Shown here one piece after another: positions 1 through 12,611 of a stretch of 63,917 nucleotides of DNA (position 1 is the stretch's first letter; each line of letters opens with the position of its first letter). Both the position numbers and the translations under genes were made by a program. Source of the DNA: Octopus vulgaris (lineage: Eukaryota); assembly GCA_951406725.2 (NCBI GenBank), contig OX597816.1:48918001-48981917 (forward strand), read 5' to 3'. The notes beneath the pieces are model-generated. The model was not told the origin of the DNA. It saw nothing but the letters and a program-made list of their open reading frames with translations, and did no database searches.

Positions 1-170
1 CCACTACGTTCTGAGTTCAAATTCCGCCGAGGTCGACTTTGCCTTTCATCCTTTCGGGGTCAATTAAATAAGTACCAGTTACACACTGGGTCGATATAAT
101 CGACTTAATCCGTTTGTCTGTCCTTGTTTGTCCCCTCTATGTTTATCTCCTTGTGGGCAATAAAAAGTAA
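1..170 (+). mobile_element. tRNA-derived SINE family A, 5'-truncated by the window edge
   Basis: B-box-like GAGTTCAAATTCC followed by the body GTCGACTTTGCCTTTCATCCTTTCGGGG...AAGTACCAG, which recurs many times in the window. Confidence 0.8.
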
Positions 171-469
171 GAATGATATGTAGCTTACATATTACCAGTT
201 CCACTCCTTTAAACTTTGGATTATACATACATAATACCTACAAACATGTGTGTGTGTGTGTGTGTGTGTGCGATTACATTACGAGGTTCACCATGTCATT
301 GCACAGGACTTTCTGATGATTACTGAAGTGATAATAGTTAGAGAAATTAATAGTATATCAAATTAATTGCACATTGTTTTCAATAATAAGTGATAAACCA
401 GCGATAGTGAAACCGTGTCATACTGTAATCATATAAGCTTCAATATGAAATACTTACATTGAACTATGG

Positions 470-722
470 GTTCGAATCTCAGGCCGGGCGATGTGTGTGT
501 TTATGAGCGAAACACCTAAGCTCCACGCGGCTCCGGCAGACGGTAATGGCGAACTTCTGCTGACTCTTTCACCACAACTTCCTCTCACTCTTTCCTCCTG
601 CATCTTGCAGCTTACCTGCGACGGACCGGCGTCCTGTCCAGGTGGGGAACATATACGCCAAGGAAACCGGGAAACCGGCCCTTATGAGCCAGGTGTGGCT
701 CGAGAAGGAACAAACAAACAAC
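470..722 (+). mobile_element. SINE family C, tail type 1, head truncated
   Basis: GGTTCGAATCTC B box; body (TGTGTTTATGAGCGAAACACCTAAGCTCCAC) shared with 17286, 19317 and 27172 copies; (AAAC)n tail. Confidence 0.7.
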
Positions 723-1481
723 ATTGAAATATACTAGTAAGTCTTAGGGTACTGAGACACCTTTTCTTTATTTATTTGCATTACATTCGTATATAAATAT
801 TTAAATACTCCATGCATAGATTGATGCAGACATATCTACTCGTATGAGATTATGAATTCTTAAACATATTTAGATACGGAAAATCTGGTTATTGCTGGGC
901 AAAGTGTTCTGGAAATACATCGCAAATTTGTGGCGGAAATCTAGTAAACAGTGTTTACAGCACCGGAGAAATTGGAAGTTTTGGAGTTTATGAAGGTAAA
1001 TATAGCTTTTTTGCCCTTTTGTTGTTACTGTTTGTAGCACGATATTTTGAGGTTTAAACAAATTTGTTTTTGTTATAGTCAATATTGGCAGAATTCGTCC
1101 GTCTATATGTTCTGAGTTCACCGTGGTCGACTTTATCTTTCATCCTTGGGTGTGGATAAAATAAGTACTAGTTGAGCATTGGGGTCAATGTAATCGAGTT
1201 ATCCACTACCTTACAGTTGCTGGCCTTGAGCCAAAATTTGAAACCAATATTATATGTCAAATTTCCCCTTGGGGGAATGGCAGCATTCTGGCTGAAATTT
1301 TCTTGTGCAGAATTTTCGATAAAGATTTTGCCTTTTTTTGTACCTATGTAAGTCCTTGATTTAACTCCATATTTGATGAATTTACTAAAACCAGAGAAAT
1401 AAAATAAAAAGAAAATGGACGCTAGTTATATTTCCACTCTTAATATATTAGGAGTAATAGAAGGCGGCCTTGAAATTTGAA

Positions 1482-1546
<65 letters not shown>
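1482..1546. repeat. (ATT)n/(TAA)n microsatellite abutting the 3' end of the R4-like LINE
   Basis: Direct reading. Confidence 0.95.
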
Positions 1547-1548
<2 letters not shown>

Positions 1549-4500
1549 TATGTTTCACTTTTGCTTTATATTTGTACAAGTTGGCTCCAAGTCTCACCCA
1601 GAGACCTCAAGAGACAACAGGGTTGGAAGTTCATGTTGTTGTTATGCCTAGTGTGCCATATATTTGGGGGGTGGGGGTGTTGTACTAATGAATGTCTAAA
1701 AAAAAAGTTTTTTTTTGTTTTTTGTTTTTTTTAAACCGAAAATTATGTTTGTTTTAAACCTTGAGATTACATAGAAAGTGTTTTGCGTAGGATATGAGCA
1801 GTTCCCATGAGCACTATCTTTTGAATTTCTGCCATTTTTGGGTTTCCTGGTATCTGAGTTAGGTAGCTATCAGCCCCTTTTGCTATCATTCCCAGGGCAC
1901 CTATGACAACAGGTATTGTTTTAGTCTTCAGCTTCCACATTTTGCTGATTTCTATTTCAAGATCTTTATATTTGCTCAGTCTTTGGTAGGTCTTGACAGA
2001 TACGTTTATATCGATTGGGACAGTCATATCAATGAGGAGGCATGTTCTTTGTTTGAAGTCTTTCAATATGATGTCTGGCCTATTTGCATCTATCTTTCTG
2101 TCAGTTTGAATGGTGAAGTTCCAGAGGAGTGAGATGTGGTCATTTTCAAGCACTGGGGGTGGTTTGTGTTCCCACCAGTTTTTTTCATGATGCAAATCCA
2201 GGTTTTTACAGATTACCCAGTGAATATATTGTGCAGCTCTATCGTGCCTGTTGAGATACTCTGTAGGCGCTAGAAGACTGCACTTGGAGACCACATGGTC
2301 AATGGTTTCATTTTGTTGCTTGCATACACGACACGTTGGACTGCTTCTGATCTTTAATATGTTGGCCTGGTAGTTTCTTGTTGGTAGGCATTGATCTTGA
2401 GCTGCTCTGATAAACCCCTCTGTTTCAGATTTTAAGCCAGAGGCCATTAGCCATCGATGGGTCAGGTCTTTGTCAAAATCTGCATTATTTGCTCTCTTTG
2501 GGTATTTGCCATAGAGAGGTTTTTCTTGCCATTTATCATTCAGAATATCTAAGGCCGCAGATTTAGCACGGGTTTTCATGCGCTTAGCTTTTTCTGTGCC
2601 TGTTTCTTGTATGTCTATCTCTAATTCCGAAATTTGTTGTATTCGGAACTCACTTAGATATTCCTTTGCCTGTTTTGTTACTGAGTATGATGCTTTCTTG
2701 TTTTCATGTTTTGAGACAAGTTTTAACATCCAGTCTCAGAGTTTTTCAGGTAGGTGTCTAGGCCAATTGTAGCAATCTTCATTGTTATTGCCAGTTGTAA
2801 AAGTCCACGGCCTCCTCTTTTCTTGGCAGATAAAGTCGTTCTGTATCTGCCTTAGGGTGGTGCATTCTATGCATTGTCAACAGTTTTCGTATTTTTCTGT
2901 CAAGATTACATATTTCAGTAATTGACCAGTTAACGATACTAAAACTGTAAGTCACGACTGGTATGGCTAATGCATTGATCGCTTCGATCCTGTTTCTCGC
3001 ATTCAGCTCTGTCTTGAGTATTGCTCTTACTCTGCGATAGCACTCTCTCCTGATCCTTTCCTTCATCTCTGAATGCCTTATTCCTTCTCCTTCAATTACC
3101 CCTAGATACTTGTAGTTCTCTGCTGGGTCTAATTTTTTTATGACATTCTGCTGGTCAAGGTAAACGTTAGATGTTTCTGTCATTTTTCCTTTGATAAAGG
3201 TAGCTTTTGCGCATTTATCGAGGCCAAATTGCATTCTGATGTCATCAGTGAATTGTTTGACAATCGCTAGTAAGCCCTTGAGTTGTTGGTCATTTTTTGC
3301 AAAGAGCTTTAAATCATCCATGTAAATGAGATGATTTATATTTTTATCAAACATTTTATATCCGTACTGCGCGTCATTGAACAGTTTTGAGAGAGGTATT
3401 AAGGCTAAACAGAAAAGGAGCGGTGATAGTGAGTCACCCTGAAAAATGCCACATGAAATTTTTCATCACCAGCATTTAGAGATTCATTGTCACTGTTCAA
3501 AGTTAGTGTGGTTCTCCATGATCTCATACTTACAGACAAAAAGTTTCGCAGAGCAGGTGCTATCTTATACATTTCTAGGCATTTATTAATCCAGCTATGT
3601 GGTAGGCTATCAAAAGCCTTTTTATAGTCTATCCAGGCTATTGATAAGTTTTTGTGTCGTTTGTGACAATCTTCTAAGATCATCTTATTGATGAGTAGTT
3701 GATCTTTACAACCGTAGGATCCACGTTTACATCCTTTCTGTTCATTAGGGAATATGCTGCTGTCTGTCAAAAAACTATAGGTATATTCCGTCAGGACAGA
3801 TGTGTTTTATACATAGTTGTTAAGCAGGTTATGGGTCTATAGTTTTTGGGTTCATTTGTTTCTTCACTTTTTGGAAGCAGGAATGTTAACCCATTAACTA
3901 GCCAAGGAGGCATCCTACTAGGGTGTTGCAAAACATCATTGTAAAGTTCTGCTAGCAGTTCATGGCTCTCTGGGAAGGCATTCAACCAAAAGTTAGGGAT
4001 TTTATCCTTTCCTGGAGACTTTCATTTGCTTGACCTCCTGAGAGCAGATCTTATATCTTCTACTTTGACACCCTCCCACTTTTGCTCTTCTAAGGAGTCC
4101 AGTTCATTAGATATTCTATCAATCCAGGGGGCCTTTTCGCTGTGTGTTTTTTCTTCTGCCCAAATTTTATTCCAAAATCCCTGCACTTCTTCTTTTGATG
4201 GTACAGACTTTACAGTAACTGTTGTTTTTCCTATCTTCCTGTAAAAATGTTTGGGGTTATTTTTGAACATGTTGTTGTCTCTGAAGAATCTAATACGCTT
4301 TTCATACCTCGCTATGCGGGCAGCTTTAGCAGATACCTTTTGCTTGATGGTTTCTATGGTGGCATCAATATCAAGTATAGTTTTCATATTATATTTTTTC
4401 ATTAGTTTTTGGGTTTTTGCAGGTTTGGTAGTCTTATGAACCTTAAGGTTTTTCAAATATTCAATGTCAGATCTAAATAGTTTAATTTGTTGTTGCAAAC

Positions 4501-5690
4501 GCTCTTGCCAAGAAGGCTTTTTGTGGAAATGTTGCCGTTTTCTAATCTTTTCACCACATAGGATCGTTGAGATTTTCGCGGATGCATAGTATAGGTGGTT
4601 GAGATCTGTGATATCAACATCATTAGCTGAAATTATATCCTTAAGTGCAAGCCGGATTTTACCAATTATTTTCATGTTTTGGTTAGATTTGCGTATTTTA
4701 GGGAGTGTATCACGTTCATCCATACTGGTTTCTTTAATTTTCAGCCATTCAATCATGATTTGACTTTTTAGCTCATGTAGTTCTGTCGGGTCAATATTTG
4801 TGTGACTTTCTTCATCTATTTGATGTTCATCTGTCTTAGTGTTTATATTTGGTTCAGGGAGTATTTCACTTTGCCTATCACTTATACTAACTCTTTCAAT
4901 CCTTACTTCGTTTGTATTAGCTCTGAGCTGGTCTATAATTATTTCCTCTGTATTATCTTCTTTAGCTGCAGCTTCGTTCATTCTATCCGTTACTGCTTGT
5001 TTAATTTGGTCAATCTCTACTTCAGTCAGTAATTTTTTTTTTATAATGTTTCTTCTGACGTTGGCAAGTTTGTTACTGTCTATGTAGGGTCTTACTTCAG
5101 GGTGTTTCTGTCTCCAGTTTATGTAGGTTTGTATAGTGTTCGATTTATCTGTGGGGAAATATATGGCATGATAGAAGGCTGCAAGAACTTCTTTATTATC
5201 TTCCCTAGTCCATTTTTCCTTCTTTTTCTTTTGAGTGTTTGGTGACGAGCATGGATGGCCATCTGTTGGAATATTCCAGTTGCGGGGTACGTCCAGCTCC
5301 TGTGTGTCGGGAAGATTTGATCCAGTAGCTGATTTTTCAATCAGACTTTGGTTCAATTTTCGGGTACCTGGTCTTTTGTAGTCAGCTCGTCGACCATCGC
5401 GGATTGTAGGTTGTTTTGTTGACACTGAAGCATGACGAGCTTCGACTCTTACATTAAGAGACGGATCTGTCAGTTTAGGATTTTCTGCACGTAAACATTG
5501 TTCGTAGCGCAGTTTCCTAAGGCTAGCAGATCTGTATTCGTCTGTATTTTTTTTGTTGATAGTTTTATCTCCGGGTATAGTTTTCCCTTCTTTTTATTTA
5601 TTTATTCATTTATTTCTTTAAACTTATGAAAGGTTCACTCTCCCTGTATTAGTTCGAAAAAATGAGAATAAAATACGAGAAAAAAAAAAT
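1547..5690 (-). mobile_element. Near full-length R4/Dong-clade non-LTR retrotransposon (RT + CCHC + restriction-like endonuclease), frameshifted
   Basis: Collinear minus ORFs 4022-5425, 3791-3985 (PKNYRPITCL), 3405-3770 (WIDYKKAFDS), 2785-3354 (YMDDLKLF, YKYLG) and 1767-2729 (CRVC..HVVSKC, RHD, RPDI..D, KY..L, IPVVIGALG); 3' end runs into (TAA)n. Confidence 0.92.
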
Positions 5691-6129
5691 TATCATCATC
5701 ACTGTCATCACTGTCATCATCATCATCATCATCAATGACATTGTTTTATGTGTAGTCACAGCGGTAGCTTATTATTATTATTATTCTCACTATCACCATC
5801 ACCACGGTAGAGTGGTCATGTTCTATAAATAGATTCATCAGATGGTGGACAAAGGACATTTTGGGTCAGGAAAAGGTCAAACCTGTTTACTAGTACCAGC
5901 GTTATCTTGAAAAGCAATCCAGCTATATATATATACCTATACACATATGTATATATATATGTGTATATTCACACACGCATATTTTCTGATATTCACTCGA
6001 TGATTTTTTTTTTCTTTTAATTTCTGAGTTCAATTGTGTTTGGAAAAAAAATATTTTTGCAAAGGGAAGAATGTTTACATTTTCGAATGCTCAGAAAATT
6101 TTTCTTTTCTTTTTAAAAATTTAAAAGTT

Positions 6130-6175
6130 ATGCTGTGGTTTAAAGTTTTTGTAGTTGTGCAGTGTATATATATTG
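6130..6175 (+). CDS. Putative signal-peptide exon of WSC gene copy 1 (MLWFKVFVVVQCIYI-G, phase 1)
   Basis: ATG, short hydrophobic run and G|GTATAC donor whose phase matches the WSC exon acceptor; inferred. Confidence 0.4.
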
Positions 6176-6457
6176 GTATACGCTTACTTCCATAGTTTTT
6201 TATCGTGCATTTAATTGTGTTGTTACAATAAAAGGCAAAGAAGGGACGGCAGACTGTTCACACAAAATTGGAGATATTTATGATTCTAAATTCTTTGTTA
6301 TGTGTTCGCTTGTATGTGCAAAGCTGTAGATATATAAGTTCCTTAGCTTACTTTGAGGGAAATTCAAATTACTCACAGAAAACAGTAGATCTTCCAGTTT
6401 TTCCGTTGTCACGCTGGGTTGGTCAGAGCAGCGAAAAACACGTCCAGCCGCCTTCTC

Positions 6458-6521
<64 letters not shown>

Positions 6522-6524
6522 AAA

Positions 6525-6735
6525 GGCGGTGAGCTGGCAGATTTGTTAACTCACCGGACAAAATGCTTCTCGGCATTTCGTCCGTCTTTACGTTCTGAGT
6601 TCAGATTTCGCCGAGGTCGACTTTGCTTTTCATCTTTCGGGGTCAATAGATTAAGTACCAGCCAAGTACTGGCGTCGATATGATCGACTTATCTCCTCAC
6701 CTAAATTTCAGGCCTTGTACCTATAGTAGAAAGTA
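6525..6735 (+). mobile_element. SINE family A (duplicated at ~10526-10737)
   Basis: GGCGGTGAGCTGGCAGA head, B box and conserved body. Confidence 0.75.
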
Positions 6736-6744
6736 TTATTGTTG

Positions 6745-6794
<50 letters not shown>

Positions 6795-7296
6795 GTTATT
6801 ATTATTTATATTATTATTACTTATTTCATCCTTTGCGTGGTCAATAAAATAAGTACCAGTTGAAGACCGTGGGTCAGTGTATTCGATTAGCTCCCTCTCT
6901 AAAATATCCAGCTTTGTGTCTAACGTAGAAATGATTATTAAGGAACCTAACTTTCAGAATCTTTAGCACACCGGACAAGATCCTTAGCAGCATTTTGTCC
7001 GCCTTTTCATTCTGAATTCAAATTCCCCACGAGGTCGACTTTGCATTTCATCCTTTCGATGAAATAAGTACCGGTTGAGTTTGGGGTCAGTGTAATCGAC
7101 TAGGATCCGGCCTCCAAGTTTTGGGCCTTAACACTATAGTAGAAAGAATGCCCTTGCTGTTGTTGTTGTTGTTAGTATTAGTAGCAGTAGTAGTAGAAGC
7201 AGCAACTGAATCTTAATATATATATAAATGTTTTGTTTACTTAATCATTGTAATTCTCTATGTTTAAATTTATCTTTATTTGTTTTCTTCATAAAG

Positions 7297-7580
7297 GTTC
7301 TTATCTCGGTTGTTGGTTGGATGACAACCCATTCGGAAACATGGAAGGTTCTAGTATCCGCATTAGAAACATGACTGTTGACGTGTGTTTGGCCTTTTGC
7401 AGGATAGAAGGATATGATTTTGCTGGTTTACAAAAAGGATTGGAATGTTATTGCAGAAATAAGTACAAAACCATTCTTCAAGCTGAAAGTTTTTGTTACC
7501 TTCCTTGCTCTGGAAACTCCCTTACAGCATGTGGAGGGCATTCGAGAAATTCGGTATTTTCAGTTACAGGAAAATATTAA
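7297..7580 (+). CDS. WSC (carbohydrate-binding) domain exon, copy 1
   Basis: YLGCWLDD...MTVDVCLAFC..GYDFAGLQKGLECYC..C..PCSGN..CGG..SVF is the WSC consensus; polypyrimidine tract + AG acceptor at 7295-7296 (phase 1); ends at 7569 if spliced or at TAA 7580. Confidence 0.85.
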
Positions 7581-7928
7581 ATTTCGTTTTTAAATTCTAT
7601 AAATATTACAGCCAAAACCTGAAATATAATATCAAACCTTACCGATATATCTTTATCAGTATATTTGGGTTATTATTGTTAATGAATATCATTTCAACAT
7701 TATGAACATTATTATAATGTATGATAACCCACAGCTCATATAATATTAAATTCTTTGCTGAATAGCTCGGAGTTCGAATTCCAAGGATTTTGCTCATTCC
7801 TCCCGGTTCGATAAAATTATAACACAATAAAATACAGATTCAAATCAATTGAATATTTCATTTTTATATAATTTACCTCGTGTCTATCAAAATATGTCAT
7901 ATTGCTTTATAAATGTGTTTTCTTATAG

Positions 7929-7963
7929 AACATTTCAGCACTGAACATACCAGCACTGTCTAA
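7929..7963 (+). CDS. Putative terminal mini-exon of WSC gene copy 1 (EHFSTEHTSTV*)
   Basis: TTTTCTTATAG acceptor, phase-1 compatible; TAA overlaps AATAAA. Confidence 0.35.
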
Positions 7964-7984
7964 TAAAGTGACAACTGACGGGAT

Positions 7985-8492
7985 TCAAGCCTCTTCTCCT
8001 TATCTCCTCAAAGACATACAGCATCTCGAAAGAGTCCAGAATGTGGCTACCCGCATGGTTCATGGTCTCAAAAATTTGTTCTATGAAGAAAGATGAGGAC
8101 GCTCGACCTTTATTCTCTTGAAAAACGCCGCCGCCGTGGTGATCTCATTCTCGCCCACAACATCATAAGCGGAAAGTGTAACCTCTCGAAAGAGCTGTTC
8201 TTCACTCCTACTCCAGAGCGTCGGCTGCGGGGTCATTCCGAAAAGCTCTACCTGCGATGATTTCATCTCAATCGAAGGAGAGGGGCTTTCTCCGTCCGGG
8301 TTGCGGATCCGTGGAACAAGCTGCCAGATGAGATGGTGAAGATGCCGACGACCGCTTTGTTCAAAGCCTCCCTTGACCTCAAGTGGCCTGAACTCTTTAC
8401 ATGAACACCACCCTGTACTTAACTCCATGTCCCCCTACATGGCCTTGCTATTTGCTTTTGAGCCAAATTAACTAACTAACTAACTAACTAAC
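7985..8492 (+). mobile_element. CR1/L2-group LINE 3' fragment with (TAAC)n tail, copy 1
   Basis: PYLLKDIQHLERVQNVATRMV..LYSLEKRRRRGDLI..RGHS..FSVRV..WNKLP, interrupted by stops. Confidence 0.8.
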
Positions 8493-8557
8493 TTGTCAGA
8501 CCAGCTTTCATTTATTTATTTATTTATTTATCATTTCCGGAGCGTGTGATTGTGTGT

Positions 8558-8623
<66 letters not shown>

Positions 8624-10149
8624 CAAGGTTATGTAGATTAATGTATGTGATGGCGCTTACGAAATCCATCAGGTGAGAAAAATACGGTTAAAGTCAATAA
8701 TGGACGTTTTACTTTGTTGTTGCAAATTACTATAGCTTGAACACCAGGAGCCCTACCCGTTTTATGAGTGAGAAATAGCTAAGCTGTGAAAGGCTTTTAG
8801 TTCTCAGATATGTCTTAATTTCAAACACTGTTTTCTCAAAGAAGTCTATTTTCTGGGTCGCGTCTGCTTATCCGAGAAAAACAGCATATCTTACTCAAAC
8901 ATGTGATCACATGCAAATCTTACTAGCATATTTCAGCAATCTGTGAATCTGAAAAAGATTGACACCTTTGCAGACGTTCAAATAAGGTACTTATACAGAC
9001 ACTTAAAACAGATAATATTAAACCACTCCAACGTGCCTGTTAACATACCTTGTAAGCACCTTAAGAAATGACATCAACAACACAGCTGTCTTAATGTTTA
9101 TCGTCTTAAAAAAATATGTAGACTTTCAATGAAGAACATTAATCGTTCAGTTGATAAGTGTTTATCTACGAGCTTTTTGACATCAGCTTATCTACTAGTT
9201 AACCTAGAATCACTTCTTGATCTTAGGTCAACTACTCGCTATTTGATACTGAGTTTCCTACTAGATGTTTGGCATGGCCTTCATTGTTATTTGCACATAG
9301 GTTGATGCTAGGAGACGTCAGTGCTTCTCAGCCGTTTCTTATTTTATCTATGTAAAATTTTACACGTATGTAACCACATAGCCATTCGAGGTTTAAATAA
9401 ATCATAATATATTTTTATAACTAAATATAAAAAGAAATTGTAAAAATATTTTGTGTATTGTATAGAAGTATAACCAATCTATTGCAGGTAAATTTTAACC
9501 ACAGCATCTTAAATGAATCCCTAAAGGCCTTTTGGACCCCGCTTGAGTACCAATGGGTTGGGTTATGATAATCTTCTACAACTCATGCATGAAATTTTCT
9601 GCTGAATAGCTCGGAGATCGAATTCCAAGGAGTTTGTTCATTCTTCCCGGTTCGATAAAATTATAACACAACAAAATACTGATTCAAATCTATGGAATAT
9701 TTCATCTTTACATACTTATTTTATTGATCCCGAAAGAATGAAGGGCAAAGTCGACCACAGCGGAATTTGAACTCAGAACGGTAGCTTATTATTATTATTA
9801 TTCTCACTATCACCATCACCACGGTAGAGTGGCCATGTTCTATAAATAGATTCATCAGATGGTGGACAAAGGACATTTTGGGTCAGGAAAAGGTCAAACC
9901 TGTTTACTAGTACCAGCGTTATCTTGAAAAGCAATCCAGCTATATATATATACCTATACACATATGTATATATATATATGTATATTCACACACGCATATT
10001 TTCTGATATTCACTCGATGATTTTTTTTTTCTTTTAATTTCTGAGTTCAATTGTGTTTGGAAAAAAAAAAATATTTTTGCAAAGGGAAGAATGTTTACAT
10101 TTTCGAATGCTCAGAAAATTTTTCTTTTCTTTTTAAAAATTTAAAAGTT

Positions 10150-10195
10150 ATGCTGTGGTTTAAAGTTTTTGTAGTTGTGCAGTGTATATATATTG
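10150..10195 (+). CDS. Putative signal-peptide exon of WSC gene copy 2
   Basis: Identical to 6130-6175. Confidence 0.4.
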
Positions 10196-10477
10196 GTATA
10201 CGCTTACTTCCATAGTTTTTTATCGTGCATTTAATTGTGTTGTTACAATAAAAGGCAAAGAAGGGACGGCAGACTGTTCACACAAAATTGGAGATATTTA
10301 TGATTCTAAATTCTTTGTTATGTGTTCGCTTGTATGTGCAAAGCTGTAGATATATAAGTTCCTTAGCTTACTTTGAGGGAAATTCAAATTACTCACAGAA
10401 AACAGTAGATCTTCCAGTTTTTCCGTTGTCACGCTGGGTTGGTCAGAGCAGCGAAAAACACGTCCAGCCGCCTTCTC

Positions 10478-10522
<45 letters not shown>

Positions 10523-10745
10523 AAAGGCGGTGAGCTGGCAGATTTGTTAACTCACCGGACAAAATGCTTCTCGGCATTTCGTCCGTCATTACGTTCTGAG
10601 TTCAGATTTCGCCGAGGTCGACTTTGCTTTTCATCTTTCGGGGTCAATAGATTAAGTACCAGCCAAGTACTGGCGTCGATATGATCGACTTATCTCCTCA
10701 CCTAAATTTCAGGCCTTGTACCTATAGTAGAAAGTATTATTGTTG

Positions 10746-10804
<59 letters not shown>

Positions 10805-11306
10805 GTTATTATTATTTATATTATTATTACTTATTTCATCCTTTGCGTGGTCAATAAAATAAGTACCAGTTGAAGACCGTGGGTCAGTGTATTCGATTAG
10901 CTCCCTCTCTAAAATATCCAGCTTTGTGTCTAACGTAGAAATGATTATTAAGGAACCTAACTTTCAGAATCTTTAGCACACCGGACAAGATCCTTAGCAG
11001 CATTTTGTCCGCCTTTTCATTCTGAATTCAAATTCCCCACGAGGTCGACTTTGCATTTCATCCTTTCGATGAAATAAGTACCGGTTGAGTTTGGGGTCAG
11101 TGTAATCGACTAGGATCCGGCCTCCAAGTTTTGGGCCTTAACACTATAGTAGAAAGAATGCCCTTGCTGTTGTTGTTGTTGTTAGTATTAGTAGCAGTAG
11201 TAGTAGAAGCAGCAACTGAATCTTAATATATATATAAATGTTTTGTTTACTTAATCATTGTAATTCTCTATGTTTAAATTTATCTTTATTTGTTTTCTTC
11301 ATAAAG

Positions 11307-11590
11307 GTTCTTATCTCGGTTGTTGGTTGGATGACAACCCATTCGGAAACATGGAAGGTTCTAGTATCCGCATTAGAAACATGACTGTTGACGTGTGTTT
11401 GGCCTTTTGCAGGATAGAAGGATATGATTTTGCTGGTTTACAAAAAGGATTGGAATGTTATTGCAGAAATAAGTACAAAACCATTCTTCAAGCTGAAAGT
11501 TTTTGTTACCTTCCTTGCTCTGGAAACTCCCTTACAGCATGTGGAGGGCATTCGAGAAATTCGGTATTTTCAGTTACAGGAAAATATTAA
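11307..11590 (+). CDS. WSC domain exon, copy 2
   Basis: Translation identical to copy 1. Confidence 0.85.
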
Positions 11591-11938
11591 ATTTCGTTTT
11601 TAAATTCTATAAATATTACAGCCAAAACCTGAAATATAATATCAAACCTTACCGATATATCTTTATCAGTATATTTGGGTTATTATTGTTAATGAATATC
11701 ATTTCAACATTATGAACATTATTATAATGTATGATAACCCACAGCTCATATAATATTAAATTCTTTGCTGAATAGCTCGGAGTTCGAATTCCAAGGATTT
11801 TGCTCATTCCTCCCGGTTCGATAAAATTATAACACAATAAAATACAGATTCAAATCAATTGAATATTTCATTTTTATATAATTTACCTCGTGTCTATCAA
11901 AATATGTCATATTGCTTTATAAATGTGTTTTCTTATAG

Positions 11939-11973
11939 AACATTTCAGCACTGAACATACCAGCACTGTCTAA
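11939..11973 (+). CDS. Putative terminal mini-exon of WSC gene copy 2
   Basis: Identical to 7929-7963. Confidence 0.35.
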
Positions 11974-11994
11974 TAAAGTGACAACTGACGGGAT

Positions 11995-12502
11995 TCAAGC
12001 CTCTTCTCCTTATCTCCTCAAAGACATACAGCATCTCGAAAGAGTCCAGAATGTGGCTACCCGCATGGTTCATGGTCTCAAAAATTTGTTCTATGAAGAA
12101 AGATGAGGACGCTCGACCTTTATTCTCTTGAAAAACGCCGCCGCCGTGGTGATCTCATTCTCGCCCACAACATCATAAGCGGAAAGTGTAACCTCTCGAA
12201 AGAGCTGTTCTTCACTCCTACTCCAGAGCGTCGGCTGCGGGGTCATTCCGAAAAGCTCTACCTGCGATGATTTCATCTCAATCGAAGGAGAGGGGCTTTC
12301 TCCGTCCGGGTTGCGGATCCGTGGAACAAGCTGCCAGATGAGATGGTGAAGATGCCGACGACCGCTTTGTTCAAAGCCTCCCTTGACCTCAAGTGGCCTG
12401 AACTCTTTACATGAACACCACCCTGTACTTAACTCCATGTCCCCCTACATGGCCTTGCTATTTGCTTTTGAGCCAAATTAACTAACTAACTAACTAACTA
12501 AC
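11995..12502 (+). mobile_element. CR1/L2-group LINE 3' fragment, copy 2
   Basis: Duplicate of 7985-8492. Confidence 0.8.
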
Positions 12503-12567
12503 TTGTCAGACCAGCTTTCATTTATTTATTTATTTATTTATCATTTCCGGAGCGTGTGATTGTGTGT

Positions 12568-12611
<44 letters not shown>

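Larger units (their letters stand above)
5764..9780 (+). repeat. Tandem segmental duplication, unit 1 (~4.0 kb)
   Basis: Sequence starting GTAGCTTATTATT (5764) recurs at 9781; ORFs are duplicated at +4010 to +4020 offset. Confidence 0.95.

Noticed and set aside
1470-1734. Poly-Ile/Leu ORFs, and all similar YI, CV, TH and LSIY-repeat ORFs
   Set aside because: Translations of microsatellites, not genes
8081-8428. 115-aa minus-strand ORF (and its copy at 12091-12438)
   Set aside because: Antisense shadow of the CR1 fragment
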